Origin: an uncultured Candidatus Saccharibacteria bacterium
GTDB taxonomy: Bacteria; Patescibacteriota; Dojkabacteria; SC72
DNA length: 64,000 nt
Direction: 5' to 3'
NCBI GenBank assembly: GCA_964560525.1
Contig: CAZLLO010000001.1
Span: 78,651-142,650 of the forward strand
Shown: in pieces, positions 20,965 to 30,926 of the stretch
Layout: each line of letters begins with the position of its first letter
How positions within the stretch are numbered: the first letter of the stretch is position 1
Notes under the pieces: generated by a model
The model's input: only the letters and a program-made list of their open reading frames with translations
Told to the model about the DNA's origin: nothing
The model's database searches: none
Translations under genes and position numbers: made by a program

Positions 20965-22367
20965 ACTGGTTTGTCTGGATTCACAACTTCATGTTTACCA
21001 AAGAATTCTATAGCCATCCTTAGTTCTTCTTTGTCTTGAGCATATTCTTCAAGCGGAATTTTTTGTTCCCATGCTTCATATGCTTGCAAAACTGCCGTAG
21101 CTCCAGCTTTTGTTCCCATAGGGTGAGAATGTACGCCTGCTCCCATTGTGGTTATGAAATCTTGAGTTCCCATGGTATCTAAGAATTTTCCAATTAACAA
21201 AGGATTTAGGCCACCAGAAATAATAGGACACATCTTTTTCATTATTCTCCAATATCCCAAGTTACCGTAATCTTCTCCCTGAGATTCTTTTTGTATTGCT
21301 AATTGTAAGTCAGCATCTTTTTCTGGTATCTCGGACCATATTTGTTTAAAGTAATCCCCTTGTGAATACAATCTTAATGCATGATTTGCAGCCATTACAT
21401 CCTCTTTGGGAGAACCCGCCATCTTACCAATACCTGCAGTACCTGTGTGAATACCTGATGCTCCTGCTAATCTAGCGAATTTGGTTAATACAGAAACTGT
21501 GTACCCAATTGGATTTTCCTCTCTAGTAAATGCACCATGGCCAGCTCTGTGGAAATGAAGAAATACATTTGGATAGTGTCTTCTAATAGTTTGAATAGCC
21601 ATCCATCCCGCAGTAATACCATCTACTAAGAATGCATAACTTCCAGGCTTCATTACTGATTGGATATAGTCTGCACGTTTAAGCATAGTGTCATAATCGG
21701 GAGAAGAGATATTGAAGGAATGTACTTTAGTCTTGCCAGTTTCCTGCTCCACTCTATCCATAGCATGTCTTACATCTTGTACCATCCTATCGTAAGGGCA
21801 GAAATCTTGGTCAGCTTGTGGTTCATCATTTTTAACAAAATCTCCACCACCAGACCAAAAGTCATAGCACAGCTCAGCATATTCAGAAGACGTAAGTCCT
21901 ATCTTAGGTTTAATGATACTTCCGAATATTGGTCTTGTTGGAATATTTAGATATTTCCTCATATCATCTATGGTATATTCTGGGCCATCATACTGTACCA
22001 ACATTTGTGGTGGAAAATATACATCAAGTAACTTACAAACTTTAATACTTGCCATTCCAAATATATTTCCTGCTATGAATGTTATTATATTCTGAATATT
22101 TCCTCCCTTATCAAAGATTCTCCAAGGATATGCAATCCAAACTAAGTTTTGTGTTTCATCTATCCTATATACTAAAGCGTCTAAGCTTTGAGAGAATGGC
22201 GTTGCTGTACCTATCTTTACAAATGATCCTGTAGATGACTCAGCTGCCACTTCACTTGCTGCATCTTCAAGAGACATCCCTTCCTCTCCTTGTAACTTAA
22301 ACACAGCCAACATATATTGACCGTTAAACACATTAGGATTCCCTATTTGAATATATTCTTTTTGCAT
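20961..22367 (-). CDS. rbcL: RuBisCO large subunit, form II/III
   Basis: AESSTG, KPKIG, GGDFVKNDE, HFHRAGHG, GKM, SGG; ~29-aa insert before MKKMCPIISGG. Confidence 0.93.
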   Translation of the reverse strand: MQKEYIQIGNPNVFNGQYMLAVFKLQGEEGMSLEDAASEVAAESSTGSFVKIGTATPFSQSLDALVYRIDETQNLVWIAYPWRIFDKGGNIQNIITFIAGNIFGMASIKVCKLLDVYFPPQMLVQYDGPEYTIDDMRKYLNIPTRPIFGSIIKPKIGLTSSEYAELCYDFWSGGGDFVKNDEPQADQDFCPYDRMVQDVRHAMDRVEQETGKTKVHSFNISSPDYDTMLKRADYIQSVMKPGSYAFLVDGITAGWMAIQTIRRHYPNVFLHFHRAGHGAFTREENPIGYTVSVLTKFARLAGASGIHTGTAGIGKMAGSPKEDVMAANHALRLYSQGDYFKQIWSEIPEKDADLQLAIQKESQGEDYGNLGYWRIMKKMCPIISGGLNPLLIGKFLDTMGTQDFITTMGAGVHSHPMGTKAGATAVLQAYEAWEQKIPLEEYAQDKEELRMAIEFFGKHEVVNPDKPV

Positions 22368-22406
22368 TTTGGGCTTGGGACAGTTTAGTTATTAACTATA
22401 CAATAT

Positions 22407-23183
22407 CTAGTATTTGAATTCTATGTTTTGTCCACTATCCTTTATCATAGTAGCTCCATCCAAATTTCCACTAAATCTTTTTACATACTTTGTACCATCT
22501 TCAAATACCATTTCTATATCAAAAGACATACTAATATTTATATCCTCTGGTGTTACACCTGCATAGTCTAATACATTCGCGCTGTAAAAATGTCCTGTTT
22601 TATCCATGATAGAGGTATAGTTGAATTCCCCTAATTCTTTAAGAATTATTAAAAAATAAGGCATAGAGGTTCCACTGGAAGAGACTTCGTCATAGTAACC
22701 TGGGATTCCATCTACAACACTATACGTCAGTGTCTTACCACTGTCTTTCATATCCGCCGATCTTATGACTTCTTCCATGGGGCCTAAGATATAGTTATAA
22801 CCACCAAGAGTACTACTAATATGATCTGGTTTAATAATTACTACCTTTCCTTTTCTATAACCAGATACTTTAATATTCTTAACTGTTAGTTCTGTGATTT
22901 TGTCTATATGGTACAAATTTATAGTTGGCCATATTTTAATATGTGTAAGATTCATTGTTTTGCTTCCTTCTTCTGTGCTAAAGGATGATGCATATCCTGC
23001 GTTTTGCATTACAGAAACTTTTCTCTCAATCTCTTCTGAATTGACAACGGGTTTGTTACTATCAATTACATTTTTAACACCTGAAAATGTTGTCTTTACT
23101 AGAAAATATACGGGAACAACAAAAAGTATTATTGAAAAGATTAGGGCTATTATGATGAAGATCCTTTTTTTATTTTGTTCCAT
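22407..23183 (-). CDS. Hypothetical membrane-anchored extracytoplasmic protein
   Basis: 258-aa ORF with one N-terminal TM. Confidence 0.7.
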   Translation of the reverse strand: MEQNKKRIFIIIALIFSIILFVVPVYFLVKTTFSGVKNVIDSNKPVVNSEEIERKVSVMQNAGYASSFSTEEGSKTMNLTHIKIWPTINLYHIDKITELTVKNIKVSGYRKGKVVIIKPDHISSTLGGYNYILGPMEEVIRSADMKDSGKTLTYSVVDGIPGYYDEVSSSGTSMPYFLIILKELGEFNYTSIMDKTGHFYSANVLDYAGVTPEDINISMSFDIEMVFEDGTKYVKRFSGNLDGATMIKDSGQNIEFKY

Positions 23184-23279
23184 CTATATACCGAAGAAAT
23201 TAATATTGAGGATATTTTAATCCTTTTCCTACATCTATTATATATTTTTCTGGGTCAAACTGTATATCAAAAGCCTTAT

Positions 23280-24074
23280 CTATGAATTTAACAACGTCTT
23301 GTGTAAACCTAAAATATTATCAAGAACCTTCTTGGGAACACCTACCTGATTAGTTACATTTTGTAGCTTACCAATTGCAGTACCCCATATATCACGGTAG
23401 TTTATTATCTCTTTCTCTGTAAGGCAGGAATTTGCTTCTTTGAAGTCTGCCAAATAACGATTCAATTGCCCATTTATCTTTCTTTGAGATTCCAAGTGTT
23501 TATACTTCGCATGCTCAGCTTCCTCAACACCATACGACCCAAAAAGGATATTAAATAGCTTTTTCTTTTTTGCAGATTCCATTTGTTCAAATTCAGCCGT
23601 TTCTGTCTTCTCAACGTCTCTTTTTAATTCAGAAAACGCATACATACAAAGTGCATTTTGAGACAAAAGCTTTGTTCTGTAATCAGGCATTAATTTTACA
23701 CAACGGCCATTCAATGCAATATTAATCTCCTCTGGACTACTTGAAGAATTAACTCTTAGCGGATCTTTCTTCTGTTCTTCTTCTAATACGGCTCTATCAA
23801 AAATTCCTAAAGCTTCAACTGAGTTTGGATCATGTATACCATTGCCATAGAGTGTAACAATCGGGAGTGTAAGTGCATAATATGAAAGCAGGCTCTTTTG
23901 CCAAACAGTTGGAAACGCTTCTACCATTCTATCTACATATTCCTGATATTTTTCTCCCTCTCTTACATCTGTATCAATAGCTACTTTAGGATTAACAAAG
24001 TCGAAATATGATGAGTCTATTCCGCTTGCAATATTCTCAGGAAGTTTCAAAGCTCCCGATTCAGATAGTTCCAT
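23280..24074 (-). CDS. Hypothetical protein
   Basis: 264-aa ORF, no recognised motif. Confidence 0.65.
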   Translation of the reverse strand: MELSESGALKLPENIASGIDSSYFDFVNPKVAIDTDVREGEKYQEYVDRMVEAFPTVWQKSLLSYYALTLPIVTLYGNGIHDPNSVEALGIFDRAVLEEEQKKDPLRVNSSSSPEEINIALNGRCVKLMPDYRTKLLSQNALCMYAFSELKRDVEKTETAEFEQMESAKKKKLFNILFGSYGVEEAEHAKYKHLESQRKINGQLNRYLADFKEANSCLTEKEIINYRDIWGTAIGKLQNVTNQVGVPKKVLDNILGLHKTLLNS

Positions 24075-24085
24075 ATATGCTAATA

Positions 24086-25036
24086 TTAATTTATATTTCT
24101 TAACAATATATCTCCAAACTCTTCCAATTTCCCGATAGCTTTCAGCTGTTGAGGCAATAGACTTGTTTTAGACATACCAGGAAGTGAATTAGTTTCAAGA
24201 TAGTAAATCTTCCCATCTTTACCTATTATCATGTCAGTTCTGGAGTAACAACCAAGATTTAACCTCTTGTGAATATTAATGCTCATCCTCTTTACCATAT
24301 TCATAACTTCTTCAGATATTCTTGCTGGAGTTATTTCATTAGAACCCCCATTTGTATACTTTGACTTGTAATCAAAGAATTCTCCCTTGGGAAGAATTTC
24401 TGTCGCTGGAAGATCTAGATACTTTCCTTTGTCACATACTGTTCCTATAGAAATCTCCGTTCCCTCAATACATGGTTGTACCAAATATGTATCAGGAGAC
24501 AATGTATCGACAATATTGGCTAATTCTTTTTCATTCTTTATTTTGTATATACCCACGCTGGAACCTTTTGCATTAGGTTTTAGAAAAAGGGGATAGTTCC
24601 ATCGCATTGAAATAATCTCACGAATCAAAGCTTCTCTATCCTCACTAGAACCTTTTACGGTAATATTTTTTGTTGGGATAATATCAATTAGGTCTTTAAC
24701 CACCTCTTGTGAAGCAATTTTATCCATTGAAAGTTTTGCAGATTTAGAAGAAGGACCTGTGAATGGAATCTTTGCCTCTTCGAGGTATTCCTGAATCCAA
24801 CCGTCTTCACAAAACTCACCATGCATTGCATTCACAAACACTCCATTTTGATCTTTTAAATACTTCAGGAAACCTTTCAAATCAAATACTCTCTCTCCAA
24901 TTACAAAAGATTTATCTTTTTTCCATTCAACAAGAATTGGATTATATTTCTGAAGTAGCTCAAAAAAGAGATCTTTACTTGCACAAGACACCTCATTTTC
25001 TGAAGAAGGTCCCCCGTAAACAATATATGGTGTCAT
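24086..25036 (-). CDS. ddl: D-alanine--D-alanine ligase
   Basis: GGPSSENEVS, MHGEFCEDG, GSSVG, FFDYKSKY, LETNSLPG. Confidence 0.93.
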   Translation of the reverse strand: MTPYIVYGGPSSENEVSCASKDLFFELLQKYNPILVEWKKDKSFVIGERVFDLKGFLKYLKDQNGVFVNAMHGEFCEDGWIQEYLEEAKIPFTGPSSKSAKLSMDKIASQEVVKDLIDIIPTKNITVKGSSEDREALIREIISMRWNYPLFLKPNAKGSSVGIYKIKNEKELANIVDTLSPDTYLVQPCIEGTEISIGTVCDKGKYLDLPATEILPKGEFFDYKSKYTNGGSNEITPARISEEVMNMVKRMSINIHKRLNLGCYSRTDMIIGKDGKIYYLETNSLPGMSKTSLLPQQLKAIGKLEEFGDILLRNIN

Positions 25037-25058
25037 AGTAAGTTATTACATTTTAATA

Positions 25059-25132
25059 TCGGGGCGACACGACTTGAACGTGCGACCTCTTGCACCCCAT
25101 GCAAGCGCTCTAGCCAACTGAACTACGCCCCG
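25059..25132 (-). tRNA. tRNA-Pro(GGG), CCA not encoded
   Basis: CGGGGCG acceptor stem; CTTGC-AT-GGG-GT-GCAAG anticodon arm; GTTCAAGTC T-loop. Confidence 0.95.
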
Positions 25133-25149
25133 TAATTAGGAATATTTTA

Positions 25150-25731
25150 CTACAAACCTAATTCAGGCGCATTAGCCTTCATCGCATCTAAAGCTATCTC
25201 TACAAATTCTTCTAAAGACAATCCTGCTTTCTCGATATCCTGTATCAAATCTCTCCTCACAGCCTTAGCAAACTCTTTTTTCTTTAGTTTTCTTAAAACA
25301 GTATCTGGAGTTACAGTCGCTATCTTTTTATCTGGCATAACTAAAGCACAAGCCACCAAAAAGCCAGACAAATTCTCAGAAGCAGACAAAGCATAGTCTA
25401 AACTATTTTCTCGATTTTCAGGCACCCTAGGGTTCTCTTCATAGTGTGCTTTTATCGCGTGATATACATCGCTATCAATATCCTTTCCTATTTCTAAGTT
25501 CTCCTTCTTTAAAATATCATCAAATTCAACAACATGCCTGGCTGGATCTTTTCCAACATAATCAAAATCCAAATCATGAAGTAATCCCGCCAAACCCCAT
25601 TTCTCCTCATGACCACCTAATCTATTTGCAACTGCCTGCATAATTATTTCACTCTCTCTCATATGCAACTTAAGCCATGGTGTAGTCACATACTTATTCA
25701 ACAGTTCCATACACTTTTCTCTATTAATCAT
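25150..25731 (-). CDS. HD-domain (HDIG-like) hydrolase
   Basis: H...WGLAGLLHDLD...AIKAH. Confidence 0.88.
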   Translation of the reverse strand: MINREKCMELLNKYVTTPWLKLHMRESEIIMQAVANRLGGHEEKWGLAGLLHDLDFDYVGKDPARHVVEFDDILKKENLEIGKDIDSDVYHAIKAHYEENPRVPENRENSLDYALSASENLSGFLVACALVMPDKKIATVTPDTVLRKLKKKEFAKAVRRDLIQDIEKAGLSLEEFVEIALDAMKANAPELGL

Positions 25732-25749
25732 AATTTTGATATTAAAATT

Positions 25750-26160
25750 TTAACTAATTAAGCCAATTTCTTCTAATCTCTCCTTTAACTGTTTTGCATT
25801 TTCAAATTTAATACTCTTCATTCCAAATTTCTCACCCAGTAAAAGATTTTTCTTATCATCATCCACATATACAACCTCATTACCTTGCTGGTTAATAATT
25901 CGAAGCATATTTTTGTACGCAAAAGGTATGAATTTAGGAAGATTAGTGTCTTCAGTAAGAATAATTTTGTTAAAATATTTTAGAAACTCATATTCAGTAT
26001 CAAACTTTAACATTTTTGATTTTAAGGTATTTGAAAAGAGGAAAAGGGAAAATCCAAAGTCATGAAGCGATTTTATGAGAGCAACCATTTCTGGATCTAT
26101 CTTGTGTTCTCTTGTATTTAGTATGACTCCGTTAAAATCAAAAACAATTGCTTTAACCAA
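25750..26160 (-). CDS. Short cap-less HAD-family hydrolase
   Basis: FDFNGV motif I, SN motif II, K motif III, VDD motif IV. Confidence 0.8.
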   Translation of the reverse strand: MVKAIVFDFNGVILNTREHKIDPEMVALIKSLHDFGFSLFLFSNTLKSKMLKFDTEYEFLKYFNKIILTEDTNLPKFIPFAYKNMLRIINQQGNEVVYVDDDKKNLLLGEKFGMKSIKFENAKQLKERLEEIGLIS

Positions 26161-26172
26161 TATTAAATAACT

Positions 26173-27198
26173 TTAAAGTTTAATTTCTAATACAACCTGA
26201 TTAGGACCCGTACTTGCACTCAATTTGTAGCTAAGATTGCTACTGATACCTTTAAACGTATAAATACTACTATCACCTGATTTCGCAGATGCAATACTAA
26301 TACCACCTGGAAGAGTCTTTCCATTAACTGCGCTTACTACTTTATCAACACTTAGACTTGCAAATGTAACCACTAACTGATTACTAGCATCATATGCTGC
26401 AGAAACAGTTGGAATTGGATTCGTATCAGTGCTACTCACACTCCACACAAATTTGACAACTCCAGATGCACTGCTGTATGAATAAGATGCAACAGTAGCC
26501 TTGACATCTTTTTGTACTCCTGTAATTGATTGAGCTTCGGTACTAAATTCAGTACTACCCAAATCTACAACGGAGGTACCCTCCCCTGGATATTGGACTG
26601 AGAGTGTGACATACCAAGATTCATCGTTATTTCCCAATTCGGCACTTAATTTAAATGGTGTTTGATTTGAGATCCCAACATCATATATTTCACCCTCAAA
26701 ACTACTTGAGACATTATGGTAGAGTCTTAAAACGCCCTCTTTATTAACATTGATTGATTTCTGATATCCTAAACCACCATTATCTTTAGTAACATCATTG
26801 AAGCTTAATCTAATAACTCCAGAAGATGCAAGATATTCAGCAGTAACATATGGGGAATCCATATGATCAGAAGTAATCTTAAACCTAAATTCATGATAGC
26901 TCGTAGTACTTGTATTAGATATTTCATCTATGGTTAAACTTGCAACACCATTCGTATCCATTCCAATTTCTTGTTTGTTGGTGGAGAAGCCTGTCAAAGG
27001 CTGTGGTGCAACATTTGCATCATCCTTATCTGCAATATCACTCGTATTAGTCTTGGTATTCGTATCGTCAGTTTGGGTATTATTGGTGTCATTATTTGTA
27101 TTCGTAGGGACATCATCATGTTTTCTAAAGAATATGAAATATACCGATACTCCAACAACTATCGGTAATACAAAAAACCATATGATTTTCTTTATCAT
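26173..27198 (-). CDS. Membrane-anchored surface protein with two tandem beta domains
   Basis: N-terminal TM, T/N/D-rich linker, internal duplication. Confidence 0.7.
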   Translation of the reverse strand: MIKKIIWFFVLPIVVGVSVYFIFFRKHDDVPTNTNNDTNNTQTDDTNTKTNTSDIADKDDANVAPQPLTGFSTNKQEIGMDTNGVASLTIDEISNTSTTSYHEFRFKITSDHMDSPYVTAEYLASSGVIRLSFNDVTKDNGGLGYQKSINVNKEGVLRLYHNVSSSFEGEIYDVGISNQTPFKLSAELGNNDESWYVTLSVQYPGEGTSVVDLGSTEFSTEAQSITGVQKDVKATVASYSYSSASGVVKFVWSVSSTDTNPIPTVSAAYDASNQLVVTFASLSVDKVVSAVNGKTLPGGISIASAKSGDSSIYTFKGISSNLSYKLSASTGPNQVVLEIKL

Positions 27199-27305
27199 AT
27201 TATTTTCTTAAAATCTTATTACATACAATATACCTAATTTAGGAGCTGATTTAAATCTCTATATGGTTGTGCTACTATTTATCCAGATACATTTAAACAA
27301 CTGCC

Positions 27306-28607
27306 ATGAAAAAAGAAATAAATATTTCTGATAGCGGAAAAACAGAAATCCTTGAAACAAAGAAACTTGAGGTTCCTACAATTCCTGCAGGGTCATCAGA
27401 AGAGATCGTACCGAAAGAAAAAGAACAACCTTCTTTAGTATTAGAGAAGCCTAAATTCAATTTCAAAGTTTTAATATTTCCAATAATTGCAGTATTAACA
27501 CTAGGAGGACTTGCAGCATTTTACTACTTTGGTATTTACAAGTTACAAACCAAGCCATTAAATAATGTTCTAACATTTAACAAAGACTACATATATTCAC
27601 AAGCAGAGGATAGAAATTTCACATCTGCCCTTCCATTGCTTTCTGCACCTCAAGAACCAAGAACAGAACAAAGTCCATTGAATGGTTTACTGTTTACTAA
27701 GACTGAAATGGATGTAATGAAAACTCATAGACCTGTTGCCGTTATGACAAATAACCATTCAGATGCAAGACCATTATCTGGGACGAATAGTGCAGATGTT
27801 GTAATAGAAGCAAATGCAGAGGGAGGAATTACAAGATTGATGGCAATTTATTGGAGTACAGCACCTAAGAAAGTTGGACCTATTCGAAGTATTAGGCAAT
27901 ACTATCTTGAATGGGCAAGTGAGTATGATCCGCTTATAATTCACGATGGTTGTGCATCTTCAGATGATCCTAGAACCAATGCTTGTGGCAATCTCTACTT
28001 CTATGGTGTTAAAGATTTGGCAACAATCGGAGCATGGAGATGGAATGATGGAAGAAGGTATGCTCCACACAATGAATATAGCTCTGTAACCTACGCTTGG
28101 GAATATGCAAAGAAAGTTAACTGGGATAGCTTCCCTACAAATTTTGAAACTTGGAAATTCAAACCTGATGCTACCCTATCTGAAAGAGGTGCAAAAACTC
28201 AAGTTGAACTAACATTCCACAAAAGACTAATTAACAGTGGTTTATACAACGTTATATGGACATATGATAAATCAACTAACACATACCTCAGGAAAGTCGG
28301 TGGTAAGGCAGATATCGATCAGGAAACAAATACACAGGTCTATGCAAAAAATATAGTTGTGCAAGAAGTCTCTATGGTTCAATCTGGAGATTCCAAGGGA
28401 CACCTAATAATTACAACTATTGGCCAAGGTGATGCATCATATCTAATCGATGGGAAGATAACTAATGGTACATGGAAGAAAACATCTAGAACGGATAGAA
28501 CAACATACTATGATAGCGAGGGAAAAGAGATGGAATTTAATAGAGGAAGAATATGGGTCGAGATGATTGGTACTTCTGATGGAAAATTTGCTATAATTGA
28601 GCAATAA
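27306..28607 (+). CDS. DUF3048 domain protein
   Basis: RPVAVMTNNH..ARP, EGGITR, GPIRSIR, APHN. Confidence 0.88.
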   Translation: MKKEINISDSGKTEILETKKLEVPTIPAGSSEEIVPKEKEQPSLVLEKPKFNFKVLIFPIIAVLTLGGLAAFYYFGIYKLQTKPLNNVLTFNKDYIYSQAEDRNFTSALPLLSAPQEPRTEQSPLNGLLFTKTEMDVMKTHRPVAVMTNNHSDARPLSGTNSADVVIEANAEGGITRLMAIYWSTAPKKVGPIRSIRQYYLEWASEYDPLIIHDGCASSDDPRTNACGNLYFYGVKDLATIGAWRWNDGRRYAPHNEYSSVTYAWEYAKKVNWDSFPTNFETWKFKPDATLSERGAKTQVELTFHKRLINSGLYNVIWTYDKSTNTYLRKVGGKADIDQETNTQVYAKNIVVQEVSMVQSGDSKGHLIITTIGQGDASYLIDGKITNGTWKKTSRTDRTTYYDSEGKEMEFNRGRIWVEMIGTSDGKFAIIEQ

Positions 28608-28628
28608 TATTAAGCAGGTTGGGGAACT

Positions 28629-29201
28629 ATGCTAAAAAATCTTTTTATCTCAAAAGTGAGGGTTCGAATCCTCGAGCAGTATATGCTAAATCTAAACGCC
28701 TCTTTTCATGTTAGAGGTTTAGTTAGAGTCTTGGACGAAGAGATTAATGCAGTTAGAAGAGAGCTTTTGAATCTTCAGGATGCAGGACTTCTTAAGTCTA
28801 AGAAAGACGGAAATAAGCTTGTATACAAATTAAACAAAGATTGCCCTATTATCTGGGAACTTAGATCTATTTTCTACAAAGAAGCTCCTATTGGGAGAGC
28901 AATACTAAAAGCTATTGATGGAATTGAAGGAATACAGTTAGTTGTCTTAACTGATAGCTTCATTAATAATCGATACCTTAATCCAACGGATGTAGATTTC
29001 ATCTTCATTGGAAATATGAAAGTAAAAGAGCTTTCAAATGCTATTAGCCAATTAGAAAAAGAGCAGGAGAGACAGATACGATTTAGCGCTATAACAAAGG
29101 AAGATTTTGACTTTGCTAGAAAAAAGAAAGAACCTTTCTTGATGAATATCCTAGAAAACGATAAGATAGTCATGTTCGGACAGATATCTGACTTACTTTA
29201 A
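28629..29201 (+). CDS. Winged-helix regulator fused to a degenerate nucleotidyltransferase-like domain
   Basis: FHVRGLVR...INAVRRELLNL HTH; DVDFIFIG. Confidence 0.7.
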   Translation: MLKNLFISKVRVRILEQYMLNLNASFHVRGLVRVLDEEINAVRRELLNLQDAGLLKSKKDGNKLVYKLNKDCPIIWELRSIFYKEAPIGRAILKAIDGIEGIQLVVLTDSFINNRYLNPTDVDFIFIGNMKVKELSNAISQLEKEQERQIRFSAITKEDFDFARKKKEPFLMNILENDKIVMFGQISDLL

Positions 29202-29204
29202 TAC

Positions 29205-30413
29205 ATGAAATTGCCAAAACTCAGACTTAAGATTAACCTTAAGCCATTACTAAACTACATACTAATTATCGTAGTCTCTGCTTTATTCATAGCCTCTATC
29301 TTCATTGCGCTCCCATTAACGGAGAAGTATGTCTCAAAGGCAACGTATAATTTGAATACAAAAGCCGATAGCTACTGGTCAAAGCAATATATTATATCCA
29401 CAGAAAACACTGATACGAAAATACTAAACCAAACAAGAGACATTCTTTTTAAAAGATTGAAAGGATTTGGAGTAGAAGAAATCTCGACATATATAGAAAA
29501 TGACAAAGTTAGAGTTGTGATAACTTCTTCAAAGAACAAGGAGATGACCGAAGAGTTGATTAAAAATAGGTTTGACATTCAAGTTATGACCCGAAAGAGC
29601 AATATTGATTTCGAAAGTTCCACCGATAGTTATGCATATATGCTTGCTACAAACTATGATAGTACAGATTGGTCAAGACAAGATTTTAGGAATATATATA
29701 TCACAAAGCTAAGGAATAGTAGTGGGACATATTCAAACTTTGCAATTTTCAAGTTATGGCCATCTCAGTTAGAGAAGTTTGATACATTCTTAAAAGATCA
29801 TAATGGTCAATATATCGGAGTCAGCATTGATGGCTTTGTAACGCCACATCTTGTCGATACCACTAGTCAGGTATTTGCAATTCCGATCTCTACAGATGAT
29901 GCTCAAGCATTAAAAGTTATGAATCTTCTGTATAACTCTGGAGTACTACCAACTAATCTAAAAGTAGACTCTGAGAAAGACTTAGCTGTAAATATCCCAA
30001 GCGTAAACTATATTCAGCTCACAATTGGAATCTTCGTTGCAATTCTAATGTTCTACTCATATCTATTTATAACAAAGCAAACACAGCCACTCATATTGTT
30101 AAAGTCCCTACTTGCTACCACTCTTACAATCTCTATATATTTATCATTCCTCAAGATTGCTCGTATCCCTATAGATACATTCCTACTTCCACTGGAAACT
30201 ATACTTGTTGTTATAATTGCAAAAGTACTTTCTGAAAACAAAGACTCTAATTTCTACATAGAAATAATCCTACTTCTTACATTAACTGCGACTATATTCC
30301 TTGGAAATGGCTTTGTAAGTATTATTGCACAAGATATGCTTATGTTAACGGCTCTAACTAAGTTATGTATGGTTATCTCTGGTTGGTATATTAATAAAAT
30401 AAAGAAAATATAA
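29205..30413 (+). CDS. secD: Divergent SecD-like protein
   Basis: ILFKRLKGFGVEE, GQYIGVSIDG and LYNSGVLP match SecD P1-domain motifs. Confidence 0.7.
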   Translation: MKLPKLRLKINLKPLLNYILIIVVSALFIASIFIALPLTEKYVSKATYNLNTKADSYWSKQYIISTENTDTKILNQTRDILFKRLKGFGVEEISTYIENDKVRVVITSSKNKEMTEELIKNRFDIQVMTRKSNIDFESSTDSYAYMLATNYDSTDWSRQDFRNIYITKLRNSSGTYSNFAIFKLWPSQLEKFDTFLKDHNGQYIGVSIDGFVTPHLVDTTSQVFAIPISTDDAQALKVMNLLYNSGVLPTNLKVDSEKDLAVNIPSVNYIQLTIGIFVAILMFYSYLFITKQTQPLILLKSLLATTLTISIYLSFLKIARIPIDTFLLPLETILVVIIAKVLSENKDSNFYIEIILLLTLTATIFLGNGFVSIIAQDMLMLTALTKLCMVISGWYINKIKKI

Positions 30414-30415
30414 CT

Positions 30416-30925
30416 ATGGAAATAATAATAAACCTCTGGAACAATTGGACATCATATGAAAAAGTAACATTAGGGTTTCTTTTACTTCTCATTCTTTTGT
30501 TGATTCCTCTAAGCATATACATATTCACCAAGCATAAAACATTAGTATTAATCTCCTTCTTTTCTTTATTAATTGCAGGAGTATTAACTCTAATTTCTTT
30601 CTTTGTGTTAAATCAAATCTTTGGTGTAACAATTGTATTCTTGTATAAATTAGTTCCTTTCATTATTCTTTTTGTTGATATACTAAGTTTAGGAACAATG
30701 ACAGGATATTACACACAAAATCATAAGCATAAGGAATTTAATGTACTTGAAATGAAAAAAGAAATGCTTAGAGATACTTTTAGATTAACAATTGCATTGC
30801 TCCTTCTTTTAACAGGAATATCTATTCTTACACAATCGATATTGCTATTACTTCTTCTTACATTAGGTCTATCGCTTGCAATAATCTGGATCAATTACAC
30901 ACTTTTGTATCGAATGTATAAATAG
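30416..30925 (+). CDS. Truncated SecF-like membrane protein
   Basis: ~5 TM segments directly after secD, resembling SecF TM2-6 without a periplasmic domain. Confidence 0.45.
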   Translation: MEIIINLWNNWTSYEKVTLGFLLLLILLLIPLSIYIFTKHKTLVLISFFSLLIAGVLTLISFFVLNQIFGVTIVFLYKLVPFIILFVDILSLGTMTGYYTQNHKHKEFNVLEMKKEMLRDTFRLTIALLLLLTGISILTQSILLLLLLTLGLSLAIIWINYTLLYRMYK

Positions 30926-30926
30926 T

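Noticed and set aside
22407-25132. Genomic island integrated at tRNA-Pro
   Set aside because: No att duplication or integrase seen; the housekeeping gene ddl lies directly downstream
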